A stretch of 64,000 nt of DNA. It comes from an uncultured Gemmatimonadaceae bacterium. Its GTDB lineage: Bacteria; Gemmatimonadota; Gemmatimonadetes; Gemmatimonadales; Gemmatimonadaceae. Below the pieces are notes generated by a model. That model had not been told where the DNA came from. It saw only the letters and a program-made list of their open reading frames with translations, and searched no databases. The position numbers and the translations under genes are program-made. Where the stretch lies: the NCBI GenBank assembly GCA_963740355.1, contig CAVUDW010000002.1:1344001-1408000 (forward strand), written 5' to 3'. Within the stretch, counting starts at the first letter, position 1, and each line of letters begins with the position of its first letter. This document shows positions 9,245 to 18,847 of the stretch, one piece after another.

Positions 9245-10714
9245 TCAGCGGTCATAGGTTTTCACCAGCGTCGCCAACCGCTTGGTGATATCGGGTGTCA
9301 GCTGATCCCAGCTGAAACGGAATGCCCAGTTGCCGGACGACTTGCCCGGTGTGTTCATGCGCGTCTCGCTGCCCGTGCCCAGAATGTCCTGCATTGGGAT
9401 CAGCACTGTGTTCGCCACCGACGCGAGGCCCACGCGGATCAGGGTCCAGTTCATCTCACTGCCGTCGGTGCCGAGATACTGCAGCGCGTACGCCTTCTCG
9501 CGCGTGACTTCATCCGACGAGCGCGTCGAATCGCTCTGCCCGGTCGAGTTCCACCAACCCATCGTGGTGTCGTTGTCGTGGGTGCCGGTGTACACCACAC
9601 GGTCACGCGGGAAGTTGTGCGGCTTGAACTCGTGCGCCTGCCCGTCGCCGCCAAACGCGAACTGGAGGATGCTCATGCCAGGGAAGTCGAACTGCGCTCG
9701 CAACGCCTCCACTTCCGGCGTGATCAGTCCAAGATTTTCGGCCACGATCGGCAGCTTGCCGAGCGCCTTTTCGATCGCGATGAAGAGGTCAGCGCCAGGT
9801 CCCTCGACCCACTGACCCTTTTCCGCGGTGACAGCCTCGCCCGGCACTTCCCAGTAGGCCTCGAAACCGCGGAAGTGATCGAGTCGCACGCTGTCGAACA
9901 TCTGGAAGGCCGAGCGCATGCGATGGATCCACCAGGCATAGCCAGTCTCCTTCATGCGCGGCCAGTCGTAGATCGGATTGCCCCAGCACTGACCGGTGGC
10001 CGAGAAGTAGTCAGGCGGCACGCCGGCCTGCACCAGCTTGTGGCCATCTTCGTCGAGCATGAAGCAGTCACGATTCGCCCACACATCGGCGCTGTCAGCT
10101 GCAACGTAGATCGGCAGGTCGCCCATCAACTCGATGTGGCGTTCCTTCGCTGCAGCCTTGAGGGCGTAGAACTGCGTGAAGAAGAAATACTGCTCGATCT
10201 GGTAGCGCTGGATGCTGTCGGCGAGCTTCGTCCTCCAGGCGGCGAGAGCCGTGGGTTCGCGGGTCGCCGCGCCCTTTTCCCAACGCGTCCACTCCACGCC
10301 GTCGTGTGCTTCCTTGAGCGCCATGAAGAGCGCATAGTCCGGCAGCCACGATTCGTTGGCACGCACGAAGGCGAAGTAGCGGTCGTCCGGCTTGTACGTC
10401 GACAGGTGCTTCCGCACGCGTGCGCGCTTGTACGGAATCACATGTTCGAAGTCCACGTGGTGTGCTGGAAAACTCGCGTCATCCTCGCCCGGCACATGGA
10501 TCAACAGCGGATTGCCAGCGAAGGCCGAGAAGCACTGATAGGGCGAGTCGCCATAACCAGTCGGACCGACCGGGAGCATCTGCCAGATCTTCAGGCCTGA
10601 TTGCGCCATGAAGTCGAGGAACGTGTGGGCGTCGGGACCGAGGTCACCGATGCCGCCGGCGCCGGGAAGGGAGGTCGGATGCAGCAGGACGCCAGCAGCT
10701 CGTGGAAAAGTCAT
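9245..10714 (-). CDS. malQ: 4-alpha-glucanotransferase (amylomaltase, GH77)
   Basis: GVLLHPTSLP, DSPYQ, GDLPIYV, WGNPIY, RLDHFRGF, YTGTHDNDT; true start 10714. Confidence 0.95.
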   Translation of the reverse strand: MTFPRAAGVLLHPTSLPGAGGIGDLGPDAHTFLDFMAQSGLKIWQMLPVGPTGYGDSPYQCFSAFAGNPLLIHVPGEDDASFPAHHVDFEHVIPYKRARVRKHLSTYKPDDRYFAFVRANESWLPDYALFMALKEAHDGVEWTRWEKGAATREPTALAAWRTKLADSIQRYQIEQYFFFTQFYALKAAAKERHIELMGDLPIYVAADSADVWANRDCFMLDEDGHKLVQAGVPPDYFSATGQCWGNPIYDWPRMKETGYAWWIHRMRSAFQMFDSVRLDHFRGFEAYWEVPGEAVTAEKGQWVEGPGADLFIAIEKALGKLPIVAENLGLITPEVEALRAQFDFPGMSILQFAFGGDGQAHEFKPHNFPRDRVVYTGTHDNDTTMGWWNSTGQSDSTRSSDEVTREKAYALQYLGTDGSEMNWTLIRVGLASVANTVLIPMQDILGTGSETRMNTPGKSSGNWAFRFSWDQLTPDITKRLATLVKTYDR

Positions 10715-10873
10715 CGGTGCGGTACGGGTCGGATGCGGTCGGCCGGGACGGTCAGGTCCGTCGAAGGCGGCGTGGACTGGGGGGTATGGTGGCGCATCCC
10801 TCGCGGTTCCGCTACGGGGAGCGACCGTCGCGGGGGAGCGGCGGGACGGCGCTGGCCGCGCTACACTGCTCAA

Positions 10874-11776
10874 ATGACTGACGAATCCGAAATCGAGCTG
10901 CAATCGGGCGACTGGACGGCCGTGGTGTCGTCGCGTGGCGCCAGCCTGCGAACCCTCAATTGGCAGGGCCATGCGGTCGTGGCTGGGTATCGCGGCACGG
11001 CCAACAAGCAGGGCGGGCAAGGGGACGTATTGATCCCGTTTCCCGGACGGGTAGCCGGCGGCAGCTATCGCTGGGATGGCCTCGACTATCAGATGGCCAC
11101 CAACGACAAGGATGGCCCCAACGCCATTCACGGCTTCGTGCGCACGGTGGACTGGGCGGTGGAGTCGCGCAGTCTCTATTCGGCGGCCTTCACGCAGCGG
11201 TTCCCGGGGGCGCAGGGTTATCCGTTCCCGCTCACGCTGCGGATCGAGTACAGCCTCGATGCCAATGGACTTCAGGTCGACACGGCCATCACCAACAGCG
11301 GTTCGCATGATGCGCCGGTCGCGATGGGGTTCCACCCCTACTTCACCGTCGGCTCGGCCCAGGTGGATACCGACACGCTGACGCTGCCGTTCAACGAAGT
11401 CCTCGAGTTCGAGAACCTGATTCCGACCGGGCGTGTGCTGTCGGTGGAGGAGGCGGGGCTCGACTTCCGCACTGGCCGCGTGATCGGCGACACGAAGTTC
11501 AATCACTGCTTCGCCAGCCCCACGCGTGGCCCCGATGGATTGGCGCGCGTCCGCCTCAGCTACGGGCTGCGGGCCTTTGCCGTCTGGATGGACGAAAGCT
11601 TCGACTACGTGGTGATCTATACCGGCGAAGCGCTGCCTGCGGGACTGAAGCGGGCCAGCATCGCGATCGAGCCAATGTCCAGCGCCACCGACGCCCTCAA
11701 TCATCCGGAATGGGGATTGCACCGTCTGAACATCGGCTCGACGCTCGCGTCACAGTGGGGCGTCACGTTCGGCTGA
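10874..11776 (+). CDS. Aldose 1-epimerase family protein
   Basis: LIPFPGRV, NAIHG, GFHPYF, IAIEPM motifs. Confidence 0.85.
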   Translation: MTDESEIELQSGDWTAVVSSRGASLRTLNWQGHAVVAGYRGTANKQGGQGDVLIPFPGRVAGGSYRWDGLDYQMATNDKDGPNAIHGFVRTVDWAVESRSLYSAAFTQRFPGAQGYPFPLTLRIEYSLDANGLQVDTAITNSGSHDAPVAMGFHPYFTVGSAQVDTDTLTLPFNEVLEFENLIPTGRVLSVEEAGLDFRTGRVIGDTKFNHCFASPTRGPDGLARVRLSYGLRAFAVWMDESFDYVVIYTGEALPAGLKRASIAIEPMSSATDALNHPEWGLHRLNIGSTLASQWGVTFG

Positions 11777-11829
11777 GGTCGGCGATGCGACGCCTGCTGC
11801 CACACTCGCGGCAGGCGTAGCTTTCCGGC

Positions 11830-13194
11830 ATGACACTTCGACATTTCCTCGCGCTGGGTGCCCTAGCACTGGCGCCGACGCTGAGCGGAGCGCAGGCCGC
11901 CCGACTTCGCGTGCCGTACACGCTCGACACGCTCCCCAATGGCCTGACGCTGATCGTGCACGAGGATCACTCGGTGCCGATCGTCACCACCAACGTCTGG
12001 TTCCACGTCGGCTCCGGCGACGAGAAGGTCGGTCGCACCGGCTTTGCGCACCTGTTCGAGCACCTGATGTTCATGGGCTCACAGAATGCGCCCTATCCGC
12101 AATTCGATCGCCTGCTCGAAGCCGCTGGTGCCAACAACAACGGCTCGACCACCGAGGATCGCACCAACTACTACGAAGCGGGACCGAGTTCATCGCTCAA
12201 GCTGATGCTCTGGCTGGAGGCGGATCGACTTGGCTGGCTGCTGCCGACGATGGACAAGCCGAAGGTCGACGTGCAGCGCGACGTGGTGAAGAACGAGCGC
12301 CGACAGAGCTACGAGAATCAGCCGTACGGCATGGTGGCCGACTATCAGCCGAAGCTGATGTACCCTGCGGGGCATCCCTATTCGTGGCCGGTGATCGGCT
12401 CGATGGCCGACCTCAGTGCGGCCTCGGTGGATGACGTGAAGGACTTCTTCCGTCAGTACTACGCGCCGAACAACGCCACGCTGGTCGTCGCAGGCGATGT
12501 GAAGGCCGACGAGGTGCGTGCGCTGGTGCGCCAGTACTTCAGCGACATTCCGCGCGGCCCAGCCATCGAGCGCCCAACGCCGGCGCCATTCGTTGTGCAC
12601 GACACGGCCGTGACACTCGAAGATCGCGTGCAACTGGCTCGGCTCTACCTCAACTGGCACACGGTGAAGAGCACCGACGCTGACGCCGCGGCGTTGCAGG
12701 TGGCTGGCTATGTGCTCGCCGGTTCACGGACCAGTCGCCTCACGCAGGCACTCGTCTATCGTGGCGAGATCGCGACGGCGGTGCAGGCCTACAACGATGC
12801 CAAGCGTCTCGACGGTGACTTCAACATCGTGGCCACGGCGCGCCCTGGCGTGGCGCTGGACACGCTGCAAACGGTGATCGACCAGAACGTGCAACGCCTG
12901 GTTGCCGAGGGCCCGACGGGACGCGAGCTGGATCAGGCGCGTAATGCGATCGAGGCGTCGTTCCTGCGCAGCATCCAGACCGTCAGCGGCAAGGCCGACC
13001 AGCTGAACGAGTACTACTACCAGACCGGCAATCCCGATGGCTTCCAGGACGATCTCGACAAGCTGCGCGCCGTCACGGCCGCTGACATCCAGCGGGTGGT
13101 GCGCAAGTACCTGCAAGCGCCGCGTGTGACGATCTCGGTCGTTCCCCAGGGCAAGAAGGCCCTTGCCGCCACACCGAAGAAGGTGACCCAGTGA
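11830..13194 (+). CDS. M16 zinc peptidase, catalytic subunit
   Basis: Inverted zinc motif HLFEH; GFAH, YYAPNNA; signal peptide. Confidence 0.92.
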   Translation: MTLRHFLALGALALAPTLSGAQAARLRVPYTLDTLPNGLTLIVHEDHSVPIVTTNVWFHVGSGDEKVGRTGFAHLFEHLMFMGSQNAPYPQFDRLLEAAGANNNGSTTEDRTNYYEAGPSSSLKLMLWLEADRLGWLLPTMDKPKVDVQRDVVKNERRQSYENQPYGMVADYQPKLMYPAGHPYSWPVIGSMADLSAASVDDVKDFFRQYYAPNNATLVVAGDVKADEVRALVRQYFSDIPRGPAIERPTPAPFVVHDTAVTLEDRVQLARLYLNWHTVKSTDADAAALQVAGYVLAGSRTSRLTQALVYRGEIATAVQAYNDAKRLDGDFNIVATARPGVALDTLQTVIDQNVQRLVAEGPTGRELDQARNAIEASFLRSIQTVSGKADQLNEYYYQTGNPDGFQDDLDKLRAVTAADIQRVVRKYLQAPRVTISVVPQGKKALAATPKKVTQ

Positions 13195-14624
13195 TCCGCC
13201 GTATTCTGTTCCTCGGCCTGCTCGCGCCTGCTGCCTTGTCGGCGCAGGCGGCATTCGATCGCACCAAGCCGCCAACGTTGCCAGCAGCGCCGAAGCTGGT
13301 GTTGCCGACAGTGGTGAACGCACGGCTCTCGAATGGCATTCCACTGCAGCTCGTCACGCAGACCGAAGTGCCGCTGGTGCAGGTGACGCTCTCGATCAGC
13401 GGTGGCTCGCGCCTCGATGGTACAGAGCCCGGCCTGGCATCGTTCACTGCCCGGATGCTGACGGAAAGTGCGGGCGGCAAGGATGTGAACGCACTGCAGA
13501 GCGAACTGGCGTTCCTCGGCGCGAACTTGTCGTCATCGTCGTCGTGGGATGCGTTCACGGTGTCGCTGAACGTGCCGAAGCGCTCGCTGGGCGCAGCGCT
13601 CGACCTGATGGCCGATGTCGTACAGCGCCCGGCCTTCACCTCGGCGGATGTTCGCCGTCAGCGTGAACTGCGCGCTGCTGGCATCCTGCAGCGCCGAGAT
13701 CAACCCAACGCACTCGCGACACTCGCGTTCAACACGATCGTTTTCCCGGTGGGGCATCCGTACCACAACTCGACTGATGGTGATTCGGCGACCACGGCGC
13801 GTCTCGACTCATCTTCGGTGCGGAAGTTCTACGAGCGGGCGTACGTGCCAGCGCGTGCGAAGTTCATCGTGGCGGGCGACATCACCGCCGCCGAGGCCAC
13901 GTCGCTGCTGGGTGCACGCTTTGGAGAGTGGAAGGCGACCGGCGCACCGATCGCCATCCCCACCGTGACTGTACAAGCGGTCGACAACACCGCCGTGAAG
14001 TTGTTCCTGGTGGACAAGCCGGGCGCCGCCCAATCGGTGATCGTGATCGGCGGACCAGGGGTGTCACGTTTCAGCCCCGACTATCCGGCGCTGGTGGTGA
14101 TGAACACGCTGCTCGGTGATTCCTTCTCGTCACGCCTCAACACCAACCTGCGCGAGACGAAAGGCTACACGTACGGCATCGGCTCGCGATTCGGGTTTGC
14201 GCCGATCCCGAACTCCTTCCGCATCTCGAGCGGTGTCCGGACCGACGTGACCGATTCGTCGCTGGTGGAAGTGTTCAAGGAACTGCGCTCGATCCAGAAC
14301 GCACCGGTCGACGCGACTGAACTCGCACGCGCGAAGGCGTACGTTGCGCTCGCCGTCCCTGGCAACTTCGAGACCAACGGCGACATCGCCGGCGAGCTGG
14401 GCGAGCTCAACACCTTCGGCCTCCCGCTGACGTCCGTGAGCCAGTTCATCACGCGGGTGAATGCGGTCACCGTTGCGGATGTGCAGCGGGTTGCGAAGAA
14501 GTACCTACCCGTCAATCGCGCGACCATCGTGGTCGTTGGTGATCTCGCCAAGATTCGCCCTGGCATCGAGGCGCTCAAGCTCGGAACCAGTTCGGTGCTC
14601 GACGCTGCCGCAATCGCGAAGTAG
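13191..14624 (+). CDS. M16 family non-catalytic partner subunit
   Basis: M16 fold without HxxEH; SRLNTNLRETKGYTY motif; GTGA overlap with upstream gene. Confidence 0.88.
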   Translation: MIRRILFLGLLAPAALSAQAAFDRTKPPTLPAAPKLVLPTVVNARLSNGIPLQLVTQTEVPLVQVTLSISGGSRLDGTEPGLASFTARMLTESAGGKDVNALQSELAFLGANLSSSSSWDAFTVSLNVPKRSLGAALDLMADVVQRPAFTSADVRRQRELRAAGILQRRDQPNALATLAFNTIVFPVGHPYHNSTDGDSATTARLDSSSVRKFYERAYVPARAKFIVAGDITAAEATSLLGARFGEWKATGAPIAIPTVTVQAVDNTAVKLFLVDKPGAAQSVIVIGGPGVSRFSPDYPALVVMNTLLGDSFSSRLNTNLRETKGYTYGIGSRFGFAPIPNSFRISSGVRTDVTDSSLVEVFKELRSIQNAPVDATELARAKAYVALAVPGNFETNGDIAGELGELNTFGLPLTSVSQFITRVNAVTVADVQRVAKKYLPVNRATIVVVGDLAKIRPGIEALKLGTSSVLDAAAIAK

Positions 14625-14650
14625 TTCTGTCTCGGTGGGGCGCAGCAAGA

Positions 14651-14900
14651 GCAACAGCAACTGCAACTGCAATGGGAGCGGAGGCCACGGAGCTCACGGA
14701 GTGCTTCGGTTGCAGCGCTCCGTGAAGCGCGGGGCTTCCTCGACTTGAAGGGCGAAGGGAGCGGCAGAGAGGTTGCGCAGTTCCTCATTTCTTAAGGTGG
14801 AAATCCGGTGACAGTGCACTCATTCCATCGGAATGAGTGCACTGTCACCGGATTTCGTGTCACCGTATTTCGGCCGTGGCCTCTCCCTCATTGCTGTTGC
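14651..14900. repeat. Family B element copy 1 (right part replaced by a 57-bp palindrome)
   Basis: Left TIR at 14681-14705; GCAAC(A/T) hexamer flanks; palindrome at 14800-14856. Confidence 0.9.
14800..14856. repeat. Perfect 57-bp palindrome, copy 1
   Basis: 27-bp arms GAAATCCGGTGACAGTGCACTCATTCC around an ATC loop. Confidence 0.95.
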
Positions 14901-14944
14901 GCTTCGCTTCAACAGCAACTGCAACAGCAACTGCAATGGGAGCG

Positions 14945-15113
14945 GAGGCCACGGAGCTCACGGAGTGCTTCGGTTGCAGCGTCCCGTGCAGCGCGGGACT
15001 TCCTCGACTTGAAGGGCGAAGGGAGCGGCGGAGAGGTTGTGCAGTTCCTCATTTCTTAAGGTGGCGCTGCACCTACCTCGGCGATCAGAGCACTCCGTGA
15101 GCTCCGTGGCCTC
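14945..15113. repeat. Family B element copy 2 (intact)
   Basis: Perfect 25-bp TIRs gaggccacggagctcacggagtgct / agcactccgtgagctccgtggcctc; 169 bp. Confidence 0.93.
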
Positions 15114-15169
15114 CCCCTCATTGCCGTAGCTCTTCGCGCGCGACCGCGGTAGCGCTGGCGCGCCGGAAG

Positions 15170-15937
15170 CTACTTGCGCCAGATGAGAATGACGGCGCAG
15201 GCGTCGTCGACGTACTCGCCTGGGATCGTGGATGGACCGGAGAAGATCTCCATCAACTGGATGCTCGACGGAGTGATGTCACGGATCGCCATCGCGGCGC
15301 CGATGCTCAGTTCTGCTCCCATCGAGTAGTTGGTCCAGCGCTGTCCGTCGACCCAGACCTGAACCTTCTGGTTGTTGCTTCCGAGCTCGGTACAGCGAGC
15401 GAACTCGATCGTATTGGCCTTGACGCGGACACCTGGTACGCGCTGTAACAGTGACGCCACGTCGAGCGGGAACAGACTGTCAATTTGCTCGCGTGTGATG
15501 AAATGCCCGACGCCACGCTGGAGGCGCTGATACGGCTCTGAAAGCCGCACTGGATACGTGACCTTCTTGCCGGACACCGTGATCGTGGCCATCCGCTGGG
15601 CGATCGGGACCATCGAAATCCGGATGCTTGTCTCGAGGTTCCCGCTTACACGAAATGTCTTGTACAACGCGTCGTACCCCAAGCGGCGCGCGGTCAGGAG
15701 ATAATCACCGGCAGGAAGTGAGACGAAGCGAAAGCTGCCGGCGGAGTCGGTGCGTGCCGCACGATGGCTCGGAGTCAGTGTTATTGCGACATCAGGCAAG
15801 TGCGTCGAGTCCTGACCTTGCACGCGCACAACGCCACTGAGAACTCCCGCTGGAGCTTGCGCGCGAAGAGGTGCCGCGGCAAACGACATGAGCGCAAAGG
15901 CGCGCGCAATGGAGACGCAGTGATTCGCAATCGGCAT
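15170..15937 (-). CDS. Exported carboxypeptidase-regulatory-like + TonB plug domain protein (no barrel)
   Basis: Signal peptide; TDSAGSF..L.AG.Y.L..RRLGY domain; ITREQI, LLQRVPGV, SIQLMEIF, C-terminal AVILIWRK. Confidence 0.75.
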   Translation of the reverse strand: MPIANHCVSIARAFALMSFAAAPLRAQAPAGVLSGVVRVQGQDSTHLPDVAITLTPSHRAARTDSAGSFRFVSLPAGDYLLTARRLGYDALYKTFRVSGNLETSIRISMVPIAQRMATITVSGKKVTYPVRLSEPYQRLQRGVGHFITREQIDSLFPLDVASLLQRVPGVRVKANTIEFARCTELGSNNQKVQVWVDGQRWTNYSMGAELSIGAAMAIRDITPSSIQLMEIFSGPSTIPGEYVDDACAVILIWRK

Positions 15938-16002
15938 CCGTCGTTTCCTCGCGAAATGTTCTGAAGTCAAACTTAAACAACTACTGTAACAGCAATGGAG
16001 CG

Positions 16003-16171
16003 GAGCCCACGGAGCTCACGGAGTGCTTCGGTTGCAGCGCTCCGTGGAGCTCGGGGCTTCCTCGACTTGAAGGGCGAAGGGCGCGGTAGCGAGGTCGTGC
16101 AGTTCCTCATTCCTAAAGTTGGCGCTGCACGTACCTCGGCGATCAGAGCACTCCGTGAGCTCCGTGGCCTC
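16003..16171. repeat. Family B element copy 3 (intact)
   Basis: 169 bp, same TIRs (one mismatch) and same interior as copy 2. Confidence 0.93.
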
Positions 16172-16213
16172 CCCCTCATTGCTGTTGCTCTTCGCCGTAT
16201 CTGCAACAGCAGC

Positions 16214-16470
16214 TGCAACGGGAGCGGAGGGGAAATCCGGGGAAATCCGGTGACAGTGCACTCATTCCATCGGAATGAGTGCACTGTCACCGGATTTCGC
16301 TGTCACCGGATTTCGCTCCGTGCAGCGCGGGACTTCCTCGACTTGAAGGGCGAAGGGAGCGGCAGCGAGGTCGTGCAGTTCCTCATTTCTTAAGGTGGCG
16401 CTGCACCTACCTCGGCGATCAGAGCACTCCGTGAGCTCCGTGGCCTCCCCCCCCCCATTGCTGTTGCTGT
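16214..16470. repeat. Family B element copy 4 (left TIR replaced by the 57-bp palindrome)
   Basis: Palindrome at 16242-16298; right TIR at 16423-16447. Confidence 0.9.
16242..16298. repeat. Perfect 57-bp palindrome, copy 2
   Basis: Identical to 14800-14856. Confidence 0.95.
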
Positions 16471-16494
16471 TCGAACCACGCAGACGGCAGCAGC

Positions 16495-16537
16495 AAAAAA
16501 GAGCGGCCCGTTCAGTCAATCGAACGGGCCGCTCTTT
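16495..16537 (-). terminator. Rho-independent terminator of the SSS operon
   Basis: 16-bp stem aaagagcggcccgttc/gaacgggccgctcttt with a T-tract on the minus strand. Confidence 0.85.
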
Positions 16538-16556
16538 CACCAGAACAACGCTGAAC

Positions 16557-16775
16557 TCAGCCCTTCGCCGCCCCGCGCTTCGCGAGACCGAGGAAGATCA
16601 GGCCCGTCACGAACATCACGACGCCCCAGATCAGGTTGATGTTCATGCCCGCCGACTTCACGTACATCTCGGTGTTGCTCGCCGTGGCCAGGCCATAGCC
16701 GGCCAGCATGACGCCGAGGACTGCGAACAGGCCGCCGATCGGGAGGCGCAGGTCGAGGGAGGCTTCTCCACTCAT
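16557..16775 (-). CDS. Small two-TM membrane protein downstream of SSS
   Basis: 72 aa; LDLRLPIGGLF and NINLIWG; SD ggag upstream. Confidence 0.75.
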   Translation of the reverse strand: MSGEASLDLRLPIGGLFAVLGVMLAGYGLATASNTEMYVKSAGMNINLIWGVVMFVTGLIFLGLAKRGAAKG

Positions 16776-16791
16776 GATGTGTGCTCCGCGG

Positions 16792-18537
16792 TCAGAGGAA
16801 GATGATGTTGAGCAGGACCGTCATTGCCAGCACGGCCAGCGCGAAGGTCAACGGACGCTTGAAGAACGGAATGCCAGAATCCACCGGCTTCTCCGTCAAC
16901 GAATAGACCAGACCCTTGAGCTCCACATCCGGGCGCGGCTTCGTTGCGAGGCTGATGATGATGCTGACCAGCACGCAGGTCGAGAACGCCACGATCGCCG
17001 TCCAGAACGTCTGCGCCATCTCGCTCGGGTACGTGTGCACGAGGCCGAAGAAGCCGCCCTTGATGCCCGGCACCGAGCCGTTCGGCAACGTCAGGCCGTG
17101 ATGCAGCATCGCGCCGCTCATGCCGGCTGCGAGGCCCCAGAAGGCGCCGTGACCCGTGGCGCGCTTCCAGAACATGCCCAGCGCGAAGGTCGCAAACAGC
17201 GGGGCGTTCACGAACGCGAACACCAGCTGCAGGATCTCCATGATGTTGTTGAATGCGCCCGCCACGTACGCCGCGGCAATCGACAACACGATACCGCCCA
17301 CCGTCGCCGCACGACCCATCCAGAGGTAGTGCTCGTCGCTCGCGCCCTTCTTGATGTGGCTCTGGTAGATGTCGTACGTCCACACCGTGTTGAACGCCGT
17401 CACGTTACCGGCCATGCCCGACATGAAGCTGGCCAGCAGCGCCGTCAGGCCGAGTCCCAGCATGCCTTCCGGGAAGAGCTTGATCAGCAGCATCGGCGTG
17501 GCGAGGTCGAAGTCCATCACGACCTTGCCCGCGGCGTCGAGGATCGGCTGTCCGGCTGCATTCAGCTTGGCCGGGATGATGCCGCCGGCCGTACCCGTCA
17601 GTGCCAGCGCGATCATGCCCGGCAGGATCACGAGGAACGGGAAGAACATCTTCGGCACCGCAGCGATCAGCGGCGTGCGACGGGCGGCGATCATGCTGTC
17701 GGCGGCCATCGCGCGCTGCACCACGAGGAAGTCCGTGCACCAGTAACCGAAGCTGAGCACGAAGCCGAGGCCCATGACTAACCCGAACCACTCCACGCCT
17801 AAGGGATTGGTACTGGCACTGGTCATGCCCTGCCACGCATGCGTCAGCGCTCCAGGCGCATGGCCGTTGGCCACCGATGCTTCCGTCAACTTTGCCGTCA
17901 GTCCCGACCAGCCGCCCACCTGCTTCAGGCCAAGGAACACCAGCGGAGCGAAACCGAACGCGATCATGAAGAACTGCAGCACTTCATTGTAGATCGCGCT
18001 CGTCAGGCCACCAGCGAACACGTACGCCAGCACGATCACCGCCGACACCAGCACGCTGACGTCGAAACTCCAGCCCAGCAGCAGGTTGAACAGCTTGCCC
18101 ATCGCGTACATCGAGATGCCGGACGAGAAGATCGTCATCACGGCAAAGCTCAGCGCGTTCAGCGTGCGCGTCTTTTCGTCGAAGCGCAGCTTCAGGTATT
18201 CCGGTACGCTGCGAGCGCGTGAGCCGTAGTAGAACGGCATCATGAACAGCGCCACGAACACCATCGCCGGGATCGCGCCGATCCAGTAGAAGTGCGCGGT
18301 CGCGATGCCGTACTTGGCACCCGAGGCACCCATGCCGATCACTTCCTGCGCGCCGAGGTTGGCGGAGAGGAAGGCGAGACCGGTGACCCAGGGCGGCAGT
18401 GACCGGCCCGACTGGAAGAAGTCGGAGCTGGTCTTCGTGCTCCGTCGCAAGGCAAAGCCGATGCCGAGCACGAACACGAAGTACATGGCCATCACGGCGT
18501 AATCGATCGCCGTCAGATGGGTGAGGACTTGATCCAC
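16792..18537 (-). CDS. Sodium:solute symporter (SSS), probably sugar
   Basis: FFQSGRSL, SVPEYLKLRF, GGLTSAIYNEVLQ, VVQRAMAA, LLASFMS. Confidence 0.93.
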   Translation of the reverse strand: MDQVLTHLTAIDYAVMAMYFVFVLGIGFALRRSTKTSSDFFQSGRSLPPWVTGLAFLSANLGAQEVIGMGASGAKYGIATAHFYWIGAIPAMVFVALFMMPFYYGSRARSVPEYLKLRFDEKTRTLNALSFAVMTIFSSGISMYAMGKLFNLLLGWSFDVSVLVSAVIVLAYVFAGGLTSAIYNEVLQFFMIAFGFAPLVFLGLKQVGGWSGLTAKLTEASVANGHAPGALTHAWQGMTSASTNPLGVEWFGLVMGLGFVLSFGYWCTDFLVVQRAMAADSMIAARRTPLIAAVPKMFFPFLVILPGMIALALTGTAGGIIPAKLNAAGQPILDAAGKVVMDFDLATPMLLIKLFPEGMLGLGLTALLASFMSGMAGNVTAFNTVWTYDIYQSHIKKGASDEHYLWMGRAATVGGIVLSIAAAYVAGAFNNIMEILQLVFAFVNAPLFATFALGMFWKRATGHGAFWGLAAGMSGAMLHHGLTLPNGSVPGIKGGFFGLVHTYPSEMAQTFWTAIVAFSTCVLVSIIISLATKPRPDVELKGLVYSLTEKPVDSGIPFFKRPLTFALAVLAMTVLLNIIFL

Positions 18538-18847
18538 GAGGGCTCCACGAGGCGCCGGCGACCGGCGGATGAGGAATGGGGCAGGGCGGAGACAGCTGGC
18601 CTGGAGGCACCACCGGCCACGGTGGAACCGGACGCGAGCATCCTATCCACCGAACCGCATCTTCGCAGGTGACCCCGCTGCAGTTTCCCGTCTCGGCCGG
18701 CACCCCCGACTACCCGGACCACCGGCCGAGCAAAGGTTACGGGAGGCGGGCGCTGCCGGAATCGCGGTCCCCCTGAAAGATTACCCGCGTCCGAGGCGCC
18801 CCCTCCGAGGGACCGCAGGCACGATTGGCTCTTTACCACGCCCCCGC

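Noticed and set aside
10715..11722. N-terminal extension of malQ (825-aa ORF)
   Set aside because: It is the antisense shadow of the aldose epimerase; MalQ homology starts at 10714.
14651..16470. CRISPR array or integron attC array
   Set aside because: Interiors are conserved rather than unique spacers, units are too long, no cas or integrase gene is present, and there are no clear RYYYAAC/GTTRRRY boxes.
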